From NCBI RefSeq assembly GCF_963921235.1, contig NC_086108.1, forward strand, positions 12,586,001 to 12,650,000: 64,000 nt of DNA. Reading direction: 5' to 3'. The stretch's first letter is position 1; each line of letters opens with the position of its first letter. This stretch comes from Mobula hypostoma (lineage: Eukaryota). Under the pieces are notes generated by a model. It did no database searches. It had not been told where the DNA came from and was given only the letters and a program-made list of their open reading frames with translations. Positions 48,851 through 60,915 of this stretch are shown here, one piece after another. The position numbers and the translations under genes were made by a program.

Positions 48851-51425
48851 TCCTACCGCCCGTCTGATTCCCCCACTACCTTCTTTCCTCCCCGCGACTC
48901 CCAACTCTCCCTCTACCCCTCATCACTCCTCCATTCCTCTGATCCCTCATCCCTCCCCTAACCCCACTCTCCCTGAACATCCCAACCCCCCTATCCCTCC
49001 TGAGACCTCCCACTCTTCACCCTCCTCCGACTCCAGCCCCAACCCTTGCCGGGTCTTCACCATCCCCTCTGACCTTCCCCTCTCTGAGGCAGAACTTTCT
49101 GTCCTTGGCAAGGACCTCACTTTTGTCCCCCTCCGTCCACAGCTCAGTGAGTTCCATGCCCACCATGATGCTGAACTCTTCTTCCGTCGCCTACGTCTCC
49201 GAGCCTGCTTCTTTGGCACTTCACCATTCCTCTCTCCTGTTCCAACCTCACTTCCTCTGAATGCACTGCCCTCCACTCTCTCTGCACTAATCCCAACCTC
49301 ACCATCAAACCCGCTGACAGAGGTGGTGCCGTAGTAGTCTGGCGGACGGACCTCTACCTCTCTGACACCTCCTCTTACTTACCCCTGGAACAGGACCCCA
49401 CCGAAAAACATCAAACCATTGTCTCCCGCACCATCACCGCCCTTATCAACTCCGGAGATCTTCCATCCTCAGCCGCTAAACTCATAATTCCCACACCCTG
49501 TACCACTCGGTTTTACCTCCTCCCCAAGATCCACAAGGCTGACTGTCCCGGTAGACCCATAGTTTCTGCCTGCTCCTGTCCCACCGAACTTGTATCTGCC
49601 TACCTGGACTCCATTTTGTCACCCCTAGTTCAGTCTCTCCCACATACATCCGTGATACATCCCATGCCCTCCACCTCTTCAATAACTTCCAGTTCCCCGG
49701 TCCCAACCACTTCATTTTCACTATGGATGTCCAATCCCTATACACCTCCATTCCCTATCAAGAAGGCCTCAAAGCCCGTTGCTACTTCCTGGATAATAGA
49801 CCTCACCAGTTCCCCACCACCACTACCCTCCTCCAGTTGGCAGAACTGGTTCTCACACTCAATAACTTCTCTTTTGGCTCTTCCCACCTTCTCCAGACCA
49901 AAGGTGTAGCTATGGGAACTCGCATGGGCCCTAGCTATGCCTGCCTCTTTGTTGGTTATGTGGAACAGTCTGTGCTCCAAACCTATTCTGGTACTGCTCC
50001 CCAACTTTTCCTTCGGTACATTGAGGACTACATTGGTGCTGCTTCCTGCACCCATGCTGAGCTCGTCAATTTCATCGATCTTACTTCTAACTTCCACCCA
50101 GCCCTCAAATTCACTTGGTCTATCTCGGACACTTCTCTCCCCTTTCTCAATCTCTCGGTCTCCATCTCTGGAGACAGACTGTCCACTGACATCTTCTACA
50201 AGCCCAATGACTCTCATAACTACCTCAACTATACCTCTTCCCACCCCGCCACATGCAAAAATGCCATTCCCTATTCCCAGTTCCTCTGTCTCCGCAGCAT
50301 CTGCTCCCAGGATGAGGTTTTCCGTTCCAGGACATCTCAGATGACCTCTTTCTTTAAGGATCGTGGTGTCCCTTCTGCTGTCATCAATGATGCCCTCACC
50401 CGCATCTCCTCCATTTCCCGCACTTCGGCCCTCACCCCATCCTCCCGCCACCACAACAGGGACAGAGTTCCCCTTGTCCTTACCTACCACCCCATTACCC
50501 TCCAGATCCAACACATTATCCTCCGCAACTTCCACCACCTTCAACAGGCACATCTTCCCCTCTCCACCCCTCTCCACCTTCCGCAGGGATCGGTCCCTCC
50601 ACGACTCCTTGGTCCACACGTCCCTCCCCACGGATCTCCCACCTGGCACTTATCCCTGTAAGCGCAAGTACTACACCTGTCCCTACACCTCTTCTCTTAC
50701 CACCATTCAGGGCCACAAACAGTCCTTCCAGGTGAGGCAACACTTCACTTGTGAGTCTGTTGGGGTCATCTATTGCATCCGGTGCTCCTGGTGCAGCCTC
50801 CTCTACATCGGTGAAACCCGACGCAGATTGGGGAACCGCTTCGTCGAGCACCTCCGCTCCCTCTGCCACAACAGACAGGATCTCCCGGTTGCCACCCACT
50901 TCAACTCTGCTTCACATTCCCATTCGGATATGTCCATACATGGCCTCCTCAACTGCCATGATGAGACTAAACTCAGGTTGGAGGAGCAACACCTTATATA
51001 CCGTCTAGGTAGTCTCCAGCCCCTTGGTATGAACATAGAATTCTCCAACTTCTGGTTAATTCCCTCCCCCTCCCTTCCCCTATCCCTATGTCACTCTGCC
51101 CCCTCCCCCAGCTGCCTGTCACCTCCCTCATGGTCCCGCCTCCTTCTACTACCCATTGTGTTTTCCCCTATTCCTTCTTCACCTTTCCTGCCTATCACCT
51201 CCCTGCTTCCCCTCCCCCACCCCTTTATCTTTCCCCTTACTGGTTTTTCACCTGGAACCCACCAGCCTTCTCCTTCCCACCCTCCCCCGACCTTCTTTAT
51301 AGGGCCTCTGCCCTTTCCCCCTTCAGTCCTGACGAAGGGTTCTGGCCCGAAATGTCGACTCATTGTTTCCATGGATGCTGCCCGACCTGCTGAGTTCCTC
51401 CAGCGTGTTGTGAGTGTTGCTTTGT
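48851..51425 (+). mobile_element. Penelope-like (Neptune-type) element, forward copy: RT, GIY-YIG, 3' UTR
   Basis: FYLLPKIHK..PGRPIVS, MDVQSLYTSIP, GVAMGTRMGPSYA, RYIED and GIY-YIG motifs; frameshifted. Confidence 0.95.
51325..51360 (+). ncRNA. Minimal type-I hammerhead ribozyme of Penelope
   Basis: AGTC-CTGACGA-A-GGGT/GCCC stem-GAAA-TGTC-GACT; core motifs CUGANGA and GAAA with closing stem I. Confidence 0.7.
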
Positions 51426-52666
51426 CACATGGTGTGAGCAGAATTATCTGCAGCTTAATGTGAAAAAGACTAAGGAGCTGGTGGTAGACCTGAGGAGAGC
51501 TAAGGCACTGGTGACCCCTGTTTCCATCCAGGGGGTCAGTGTAGAATGGTGGAGGATTACAAATACCTGGGGATATGAATTGACAATAAACTGGACTGGT
51601 TAAAGAACACTGAGGCTGTCTACAAGAAGGGTCAGAGCCGTCTCCATTTCCTGAGGAGACTAAGGTCCTTTAACATCTGTCGGACGATGCTGAGGATGTT
51701 CTACGAGTCTGTGGTGGCCAGTGCTATCATGTTTGCTGTTGTGTGCTGGGGGAGCAGGCTGAGGGTAGCAGACACCAACAGAATCAACAAACTCATTCGT
51801 AAGGCCAGTGATGTTGTGGGGATGGAACTGGACTCTCTCACGGTGGTGTCTGAAAAGAGGATGCTGTCTAAGTTGCATGCCACCTTGGACAATGTCTCCC
51901 ATCCAGTACATAATGTACTGGGTGGGCACAGGAGTACATTCAGCCAGAGACTCATTCCACCGAGATGCAACACAGAGCGTCATAGGAAGTCATTCCTGCC
52001 TGTGGCCATCAAACTTTACAACTCCTCCCTTGGAGGGTCAGACACCCTGAGCCAATAGGCTGGTCATGGACTTATTTCCTGGCATAAAATATTACTATTT
52101 AACTATTTATGGTTTTATTACTATTTAATTATTTATGGTGCAACTGTAAAGAAAACCAATTTCCCCCAGGATCAATAAAGTATGACTATGACTATGACTA
52201 TCTGTAGAAATCTGTGAGTGTCTGTGAGATCCCAAATCTCCTCAAACTCCTAATGAAATATAGTCATTAACTTTATGTTAGGCATAGAAGCGAAACATGC
52301 CAGACACTAAACCTAACAGAGCAGAAACCCCAGCAGTGTATAGAAAGCATGGAAATGAAATTAAAAGTTAAACTAGGAAAGTGAAGACAGGACTGGAGAA
52401 AACACCAGCAAGTCAAAAAGTCAAGGGAAATCCAAGGAAGTTTTATTGGTATGGGGTCAGCGAGCATAACTAGGAAAGGAAAGTTAGGGACCAAAGAGTT
52501 AACCTGGCTGTGGAAGGAGAAGATGTGGGTTAATTCCTCAGGAACTCTTTACAGTTCCCTTTACCAAAAGGCGATGATGCTGAGGGTGTGGTTACAGAGA
52601 AAGTTTGTGAAATATTGGACATAGAGCATAGAAAATAGAACATTGGAAGGGTACATGATAACAGAG

Positions 52667-53119
52667 TGTTGGAATTGGTTGTTCTTTATGTTTTAATAAG
52701 GTTTTTAGCAAGTCTGAACTTGTAGTTTAACTAATATATAATTTGTATTTTTCACTAGATATGGTGTTAGACTCCACCTACTGGTGGCAAAGCAAAATAA
52801 CAGTTACATAACCATTTTTCATCTTTCATTTTTCATTGGCTAAGTGCTAAACATGCTATACCTGTACGTCCTTCTATAGGTCCTTGCATATCTCAGGAAT
52901 GTGGCCTTAACTCAAAATACAAGTGTCAGTTTATGCAAAAATGACCATCTTTGATCTTGTCTTTGTCTTTGTTCTCAGTTCTTTTCTTTAGTTTCATGTG
53001 TTCTATTCCTGTATCCTATTTTAAACTTTCAATAAATGGTCGTGAAGAAGCAATAAGTTTTCAACTCATTCTTGGACTCCTAAAAGAATCTGCGGATCAA
53101 AATGTCACTAGATCCGACA
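52667..53119 (+). mobile_element. Solo LTR in a highly decayed CR1 remnant (about 52400-53165)
   Basis: TGTTGGA...TCCGACA termini; TSD AGAG/AAAG; AATAAA near 53031. Confidence 0.65.
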
Positions 53120-53361
53120 AAAGGAAGCTTTGAGGTGTTTGCATTTCTGAAAGCTGATAAAAGAAGCAAGGACGAGGAGTACAGTGGTTCTGAATCTTAC
53201 ACCACACTGAGGCAGATAAATCTCTATCATTTCAAATTCTCAGCATCAGTTTTAAATCTCACCAAATTTTCCCTCCAGCCTATTGTTCCAGCCATCTTCA
53301 TCCTCTGAGATCGCTGTGTTCCTCTAGTTCCAGCCTCTTGAACAGCACTGAAATTAATCAT

Positions 53362-53495
53362 TCCTGATAAAGGGTCTTGACTCAAAATGCTGTCTCTTTA
53401 TTCCTCTCTGTAGATGCTGCCTGATCTGCTGAGCTCCTCCAGCATTTTGCGTGTGTTGCCCTGGATTTCCAGCATCTGTAGAATCTCGTGAGTTT
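53362..53495 (+). mobile_element. Short Penelope terminal fragment
   Basis: Degenerate hammerhead plus terminal motif. Confidence 0.7.
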
Positions 53496-53561
53496 ATTAA
53501 TCATCCCAGCAGGGGCAACCATGCTTGCAACAGCTTTGGTTCCATGCTTTGGGATTGCCTC

Positions 53562-54070
53562 TGTTGTGACTGTGAACGACATCACCGGGAGGCACTGAAG
53601 CTGGTGGTTATGGAACTCTTTATTCAGCAAAACAAGCAGGCATCATACTAGAGACTCTCTTGGATGAAGAGGCTCATAAACTCAAAGTACATCAGATTTT
53701 TATGCCCTTAAAATCAATGGTAACTCAATATAGATTCAATAGTTAGAATGATATTGTTTACTTCAATACTTTGGGTTGACAATGCTTTTGTTGAGTTACA
53801 TATAATTTTCAAACACCAGATCTTCATACCAACACTCCAGACACCCTAGATTGAATGTTAATCACCACTGTCTCTGAGATGCATTCATGCATATGCAGAC
53901 ATTTCAGGTCAATGGAGTGTTTCCTGGCTCATGATCAACCTCAGTCTGCAGCTCCAGGAAGACCATTGTTCTAAACTGCATATTAAATTCGATCTACAAT
54001 CCACATTCAGATCTGAAGACTTGTCGCTGTTGAAATTAATATTTCCATAACTCCAGAATGTGCCCTAACA
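53562..54070 (-). mobile_element. Possible solo LTR
   Basis: TGTT...AACA ends and minus-strand AATAAA; no TSD found. Confidence 0.35.
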
Positions 54071-54869
54071 GTGTACCTATCTTCCCTCCTTTAAGATACT
54101 CGCTAACAGCTCCCTCTTTAGCCTAGTTCTGGTCACCATTGCCTACAACCCTCTACATGGCCTCTTGTTGTTTTTAAACTTGATAATGCTCCAGTGAAGA
54201 TATTTTAAAGGCAATGTTGTGACCAAACCAAAACCAAAGCCAAGACAATTGCTGCTGCTGGTGAACTTTACTCCAATAATGTTTGTTCCAAAGTCAACTC
54301 CTTTATTCAAGCCTTTATTAGCAAATAGCAAACATACAATCTTGAAGCGATGAAACTTGGGCATACCCAAGTGTATGCTAAGCGTAATTGAGAGTTATTG
54401 AGTGCTCAGCAAGAGATATGACATCTGCCAGACCCAGATACAAACTGTCCTGAACATAGCATGAATACGAAACTTACCCCTTTGCTTTTACCACGTTCCA
54501 CTCATGTAACTAGTTACCATAATAAACATAATAAACGCACAACACGGAATACAATGCAGACAGAGAACAGATATATGGCTCCTATAGACAATTTCAGTTA
54601 GTGTTATTTGTTGTATTCCCTTAAGAGGAAATCTGTGGATTCCTGAAGACACAATACTTAACACCAAGATTAGAGCAACATTTATGGGCTTTTAACAAGA
54701 GGCTGAAACTGATTAAATTCTCTTTAACTTTACTCCCTGGTGATAAGCAATTTATTGTTTTAAATTAAAGGGCAAAATTAGTTTTAAATAAGTTAAATAA
54801 AGCAAGATTTGGGAGAGTTTGAGGTCTTTGGGAATGGTAGCCAAGACAGTAATAAGGATAATAATTCTG

Positions 54870-55157
54870 AGATATAGCCTCAGAATAGAGGGACGTCCAT
54901 TTAGAGTGGAGATGAGGAGGAATTTCTTTAGCCAAGGAGTGGTGAACCTGTGGAATTCATTGTCATAGGTGGTTGTAGAGGCTATATCATTAGGTATATT
55001 TAAGGCAGAGGTTGATACGTCTGGATTAGCAAGGGATACGGTGGGAGAAGGCAGGAGACTGGGGCTGAGAGTGAAATGGATCAGCCATGATGAAATAGTT
55101 GAGCAGACTTGATGGACTGAATGGCCTAATTCTGCTCCTATATCTTCTGGTCTTATG
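54870..55157 (+). mobile_element. CR1 3' fragment
   Basis: RRNFFSQGVVNLWNSL remnant plus 3' UTR. Confidence 0.8.
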
Positions 55158-55657
55158 ATGGAGAAATATAATGCGAGACATAGACTGATTGTAAGAGTTC
55201 ATGCGGTTTGAGAAAAGGGAAAAAGCAATGAAGAAAGACCTTGGTGACTGGGATGGGAGAGATCTTAATGAGGAGGAGAAATGGAATAATCTCAGCCAGA
55301 TATATAGTAGTAGAGGTCAGATCATGTGTGGTGAACAAAGGACCATTGAGGATGAGGAAGTGCACGAGCTTGGTATCATGAAAAGGTAACCATCAGGTAA
55401 TATTAATGTGACTAAGATTCAGCAAGTTCCCTACACCTGGAAGTCCACAACACAGTATTTAACAGAAAAGTCTGTAGAGCAGTGCCATGGGCCCATACCA
55501 TTAACTGTGGACCCAGGCTGGTAACCCCTGTTGTAGAGGTAGTGGATATATTGTACATGTTCTTACATTGGGTAGCAGGGTGGAGCTACGTCTCTACCAA
55601 AGATGTAAGGCACTCTTTCCCTCCACTGACACTAGGCAGACAGTCTCTGAAGGAGTA

Positions 55658-56325
55658 ACACACACAAAATGCTGGAAGAACTTAGCAGGCCAGGCAGCGT
55701 CTATGGAAATGAATAAACAGTCGATGCTTTGAACCAAGACCCTTCATCAGGACTAGAAAGGAAGGGGGAAGAAACCAAAATAAAAAGGTGGGGGGGGGTG
55801 GAGAGTGGAAGGGGGTTAGCTAGAAGGTGATAGGTAAAGCCAGGTGTGTGGGAAAGGTCAAGGACTAGAGAAGGAGGAATCTGGTAGGAGAGGAGATTGG
55901 ACTACAGGAGAAAGGGAAGGGGGAGGGGACACAGGGGGAAGTGATAGGTAGATGAGAAGAGGTAAAAGGTCAGAGTGAGGAACAGAGGAAGGAGGGGGAA
56001 TAAATATTTTGACCAGAAGGGGAAATCTATACTCATGCCATCAGGTTGGAGGCTACCCAGGCAGAATACAAGGTGTTGCTCCTCCACTCTGACTGTGGCT
56101 TGCTCTTGGTACAAGAGGAAGCCATGGACCGACACATTTAAGTGGGACTGAGAATCAGAATCAAAATGTTCGGCAGCCAGGAAGTTGTGTTTGTGGTGGA
56201 TGGTGCAGAGGTGCTCATCAAAGCAGCCCTTCAGTTTACGATGGGTCCCACCAACGTAGAGGAGGAGTCCATATGGGGAGCACCAGACATAATAAGCAAC
56301 TCCAGCAGATTTGCAGGTGAAGTGT
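55658..56325 (-). mobile_element. Penelope-like 3' fragment
   Basis: HGFLLY...RVEEQHLVFCLGSLQPDGM; terminal motif. Confidence 0.85.
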
Positions 56326-56619
56326 GAGGAAAGACTGGACTATTTTTCATTGGAGCAGAGGGAATGGGGAATCTGAAAAAGGTATACAGTATATATGGAT
56401 AACCCTACCTACAGCAGATGTGTATAGAGCCAGAGAGCATAGATAGAGATTTAGGGTAAGGAGTAGAAGATTTAGAGCTGTTGTGAGGAAGGATGGGATC
56501 CGCAACAGTCTCTCTGAGCAGATGGTGGAGGCAGGAACTCGTACAGTATCTGAATGAGCACTCGAATCACAGAGCGGTGATCAGCTGCTATCACCAACAA
56601 TGGCATTTTAAGGTGGAGT

Positions 56620-56748
56620 GCCTGCCTCTGTAAGCAAGCCTGTATGTTCCTTCCCGTACGCGTGTGGGCACCCTCTGGATGCTCCGGTTTCCTCCCACAA
56701 TCCAAAGATACTAATAGGTTAAATGGTCATTGTAAGTTGTCCTGTGAT
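56620..56748 (+). mobile_element. V-SINE/HE1-like SINE core fragment
   Basis: TGCTCCGGTTTCCTCCCACAATCCAAAGA matches the V-domain core as I recall it. Confidence 0.6.
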
Positions 56749-56749
56749 T

Positions 56750-58228
56750 ACAACCACAAGATATAGGAGCAGAATTAGGCCACTTGGCCCATCGAATCTG
56801 CTCTATTTCATCATGGCTGATCTATTTTTCCTCTCAACCCCAATCTCCTGCCTTCTCCCCATATCCCTTCATGCCCTGGCTAATCCAAAATCTATTAACC
56901 TCTGCCTTAAATATATGTAGCCTGGGGAAAAGTACACACTCAGGACATCAAATACTTTTTTGGGTTTTAATTCCTTTATCTGTTTTAGATGTTTAAGTGC
57001 CAGAAGAGGGTTGCAAAACAAAATGAACGAACTTACAATCAGTTATTGCCGTTACAATCTCAGTTTAACTTTTGATCCACACCCTCGTGTATGAACAGAA
57101 TTGTGTATGCAGTATAAAAATAACAGAACTAATACGGTACAAATACGGTACTGGCAATCCTGAAGGAACACAATACAAACAACATTAGAATCCCACCCCA
57201 CTCTGCATCTTATACATAACAAGGAAACTGTAAGCGAATACATCTCATCTAAGACGTACACACGTGCTGAACTTCCGAACAGAGACTAAACATTCACGCT
57301 ATGCGGTTACATGAACAATCAGTCCTGATACAATAAAGTTAGACAAAAGGTACACTTTGGCACAACTTTTACAAGGTATTGCCTGGTAGTTAAATTACAA
57401 GAAGACTGACCTACTTGGTTGGTGAGGAACTTTGCGCAAGCCATGCGATCCTGCGTTGAGTCATTTACTCGAAAAAATCTAAAGCATCCACATATAAAAC
57501 ATGTCAAATTACCGATATTCTCAATTTGCCAACAAGAATAAACAAATTCACATGGATATCGTCAATTAATTTTCGCCTTTCCTCACCATGCCCAGCACAT
57601 TCTGGGAGGAACTCAATTCCAACGCCCCAGCAGCATCTTCAGCAGAAAAAAAAATGGTCTCCCCACTATCCCACGCGTACATAAAGACATCACCGTCTCC
57701 CTTAAAGGCACAGACAACTATTCTAGCATTACCCGGATGGATGCCTAAGTACATTTTTAACGATACTGAATAAGATCCGACGGTCACCCGGTTACATATA
57801 CCCAATGACTTGGCCTCCACAGACCCCTGCGGCCATAAATTCCACAGATTCACCCCTCTCTGGCTAAAGAAATTCCTCCCCATCTCTGTTCTCAGAGATC
57901 AACCCTCTATTCTGAGACTGTGTTCTCTGGTCTTAGACTCCCCTACCTAAGGAAACGTCCTCTCCACATCCATTCTATCGAGGCCTTTCAACATTCAATG
58001 AGATTCCCCCCTCATTCTTCTGAATTCCAGTGAGTAGAGGCCTAAAGCCATCAAACGCTCTTCATATGACAAGCCATTCAATCCCAAAATCATTTTCTTG
58101 AATTCCCTTTGTACTCTCTTCAATGTCAACACATCCTTTCTTAGATAAGGGGCCCAAAACTGCTCACACTACTCCAAATGAGGCTTCAGTAGTGCTTTAT
58201 TAAGCCTCAACATTACACCCTTGCTTTA
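56750..58228 (-). mobile_element. CR1 3' fragment split by a solo LTR
   Basis: RNFFSQRGVNLWN remnant; continuity across 56916-57796. Confidence 0.85.
56916..57796. mobile_element. Solo LTR
   Basis: TGTAGCC...GGTTACA termini; perfect TSD TATA (56912-56915, 57797-57800). Confidence 0.88.
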
Positions 58229-58955
58229 ATCTCTTGCTTACATCCTGTAATCCCCTGGGCCCAGCTTTTCCACTCAAGAACTGCTCTCAGCCAGTTCTGT
58301 GACAGTCAGTAAACAGTTTCCACCACTCCCCTGCAATGTCTTCAAAAGATAAAATTCTCAGCCATGATCTCTTGTGCAAAATGATTCCATTATCCTTAAT
58401 AAAGATTTCAGCATTTAAATATCAGCTTTGGCACTCAGTCACCTGGTAATCTTAATCACCACCTAGCTAATTAATTAGAACATGTTGCTGCCTCAGGAAA
58501 GTGCTTCGTTTTTTTTATTATAATGAAAATCATTCTGACAAATTAATTTTACAGGATTATTGAAGTATATATATGAAAGCAAGATCAGGTTAAGTGGATG
58601 AGGAGTTTGCTTGGAAACCGTCCATGTGTGTCGTACTGTATCCAAACCAGGCGTCTCAACCAAATGAACTTTGTCCTCAGCCATGGGGTCCCACGGGAGA
58701 TGGACATGTACTCAAGGTCCAAAAGATGGCAGCTGCAGTTCATGAAGCCAAGCTGATACTCCTGAGGGTCTCAATCCGAAAGGTCGATAATTTATACCAA
58801 TCCATTATTACTAAACATGTCCTTACCTACCTCTCTCCCATCTCGACAAACTCCCTCCACGACTCCCTTCTCAATTCGTCCCTCCTTATTAAACTCCCTC
58901 CCAGCACCTAGCCCTGCAAGCAGCCTAAGGACAACTATAACATGTATGTAGCGCT

Positions 58956-59889
58956 GATCTCCCCTCGCGTGACTGGGGTCCGATCTCCTCTCATGTGACT
59001 GGTGTCCGGTCTCATCTCGTGTGACTGATGTCCAGTCTCATGTCGTGTGACTGGTCACCGGTCTCACCTCGTGTGACTGGTCACCGGTCTCATCTCGTGT
59101 GACTGGTCTCCGGTCTCATCTCGTGTGACTGGTCTCCGGTCTCATCTAGTGTGACTGGTGTCCGATCTCATCTCGTGTGACTGGTGTCTGGTCTCATCTC
59201 GTGTGACTGGTCAACGGTCTCATCTCGTGTGACTGGTCACCGGTCTCATCTCATGTGACTGGTGTCCGGTCTCATCTCGTGTGACTGGTGTCTGGTCTCA
59301 TCTCGTGTGACTGGTCAACGGTCTCATCTCGTGTGACTGGTGTCTGGTCTCATCTCGTGTGACTGGTCACCGGTCTCATCTCGTGTGACTGGTCACCGGC
59401 TCATCTCGAGTGTGACTGGTCAACGGTCTCATCTCGTGTGACTGGTCACCGGTCTCATCTCATGTGACTGGTGTCCGGTCTCATCTCTGTGACTGGTGTC
59501 CGATCTCATCTCGTGTGACTGGTGTCTGGTCTCATCTTGTGTGACTGGTGTCTGGTCTCATCTCGTGTGACTGGTCACCGGCTCATCTCGTGTGACTGGT
59601 CACCGGCTCATCTCGTGTGACTGGTCTCCGGTCTCATCTCCTGTGACTGGTGTCTGGTCTCATCTCGTGTGACTGGTCAACGGTCTCATCTCGTGTGACT
59701 GGTGTCCGGTCTCATCTCATGTGACTGGTCACCAGCTCATCTCGTGTGACTGGTCTCCGGTCTCATCTCGTGTGACTGGTCACCAGTCTAAATCTCGTGT
59801 GACTGGTGTCCAGTCTCATCTCGTGTGACTGGTCTCTGGTCTCATCTCGTGTGACTGGTGTCTGGTCTCATCTCGTGTGACTGGTCACT
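58956..59889. repeat. 26-bp minisatellite (CTCATCTCGTGTGACTGGTCACCGGT), about 36 units
   Basis: Directly visible tandem unit with variants GTGTCC, GTCTCC, GTCAAC and GTGTCT. Confidence 0.97.
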
Positions 59890-60005
59890 GCACTCTTTAT
59901 GACAAAATCAAATTACATAGTACTACATTAGGTGCTAGTCAGTCATCAGAAGCTTTGGATATTGGGAGGAGGCAGTGAATAGAAAACACACACTCCAGGA
60001 AGTAA

Positions 60006-60163
60006 ACACGAGGAATTCTGCAGATGCTGGAAATTCAAGCAACACACATCAAAGTTGCTGGTGACCGCAGCAGGCCAGGCAGCATCTCTAGGAAGAGGTC
60101 CTGACGAAGGGTCTCAGCCCGAAACGTCAACTGTACCTCTTCCTAGATATGCTACCTGGCCTT
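60006..60163. mobile_element. 158-bp inverted Penelope mini-insertion
   Basis: 10-bp TSD CAGGAAGTAA (59996-60005, 60164-60173); inverted arms flank a hammerhead. Confidence 0.88.
60098..60133 (+). ncRNA. Minimal hammerhead ribozyme
   Basis: GTC-CTGACGA-AGGGTCTCAGCCC-GAAA-CGTC. Confidence 0.65.
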
Positions 60164-60915
60164 CAGGAAGTAAGTTTTGTTTATAAAAAAAAACAATATA
60201 TACAAAATAATTACATGAGTAAGAACAATTCATAATTCTAATATTCTGTTTAGGTTCCAAATTTCAGATAGCAAACAAAAACCAAATTCCTTTTTAGTTA
60301 GAATCAGTGAGATTCATTAGAATAAGCTTTTATTACTTCATTTTCTCTAACTAATTAAATCCAGTGTTATTCCCTATTTAAAGGTTACAGACTAACATTT
60401 CCCTTTTTATTTATCCCTGGTGAGTTACAAAACTAATTGAATTTCTACTCTTAGAATTTCTACACTTAAGTATTGTGGTTAACTTCAGTTTCAGTTCAAG
60501 TTAGTATGTCTACAAATTCAAATTCTATACAGCTTAACTCCTTTCACGACAATTCTACATCACAACTTTTAAACAAAGGAAATCTCGTTCAGAAACTTAT
60601 CAAAGGCTTTGCTAAAATAATCAGTTCTTGCAGAAAATGAAATTTGGATCCTTTGAATGAAAATAAACTTATACATCCAACCGTATTAAATCCTCTACAT
60701 CATTAAACATTTCGTTCCTGTGCTGGATCTTCAATCTTGGGTGATTCGCCATTTTGTTCTTCATTCGTTGGATGAAATGGTTGATCCTCCACGTAAAGTT
60801 GTTCACAATACTTACACAACAAAAAACCTGACAAAATCCATTGGTATGACTTAACAGAACTAATTCCTGGTTACACGGTAGAGATCTTGGACAGTTGTTT
60901 CTGCCAATAGTGTCT

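Larger units (their letters stand above)
46576..52200 (+). mobile_element. Rex1/Babar LINE (46576-47223 and 51419-52200) split by Penelope
   Basis: Same family as 30295-31918; RT motifs; (TATGAC)n tail at 52181-52200. Confidence 0.93.
45940..52265 (-). mobile_element. Old Rex-like 3' fragment (45940-46575 and about 52199-52265) hosting nested Rex1 and Penelope
   Basis: Reads ...TACATC|TGTAGAAAT across the nest, as in the intact copy at 38872-38890. Confidence 0.75.
59890..60875 (-). mobile_element. Possible LTR-like sequence, left boundary unresolved
   Basis: Ends GGTTACA; composition resembles the other solo LTRs; no convincing TSD. Confidence 0.3.

Noticed and set aside
49738..50649. 303-aa antisense ORF over the Penelope RT, and similar antisense ORFs over CR1/Rex1
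   Set aside because: Shadow frames of C-rich retroelement coding sequence with no independent motif
52770..52790. CTCF-like motif CCAGTAGGTGGAG (minus strand) in a solo LTR
   Set aside because: Single imperfect match; cannot be supported without PWM scoring or ChIP data
54213..54850. Possible further solo LTR
   Set aside because: LTR-like composition, but I could not define matching termini or a TSD
58550..58720. Possible exon with BTB-like LLKYIYESKI after a TTTTACAG acceptor
   Set aside because: Stop after about 15 codons and no further recognisable homology in any frame
58956..59889. CRISPR-like array of short palindromic repeats (also considered for 1822-4676)
   Set aside because: Units are head-to-tail with no unique spacers, there are no cas genes, and the context is eukaryotic
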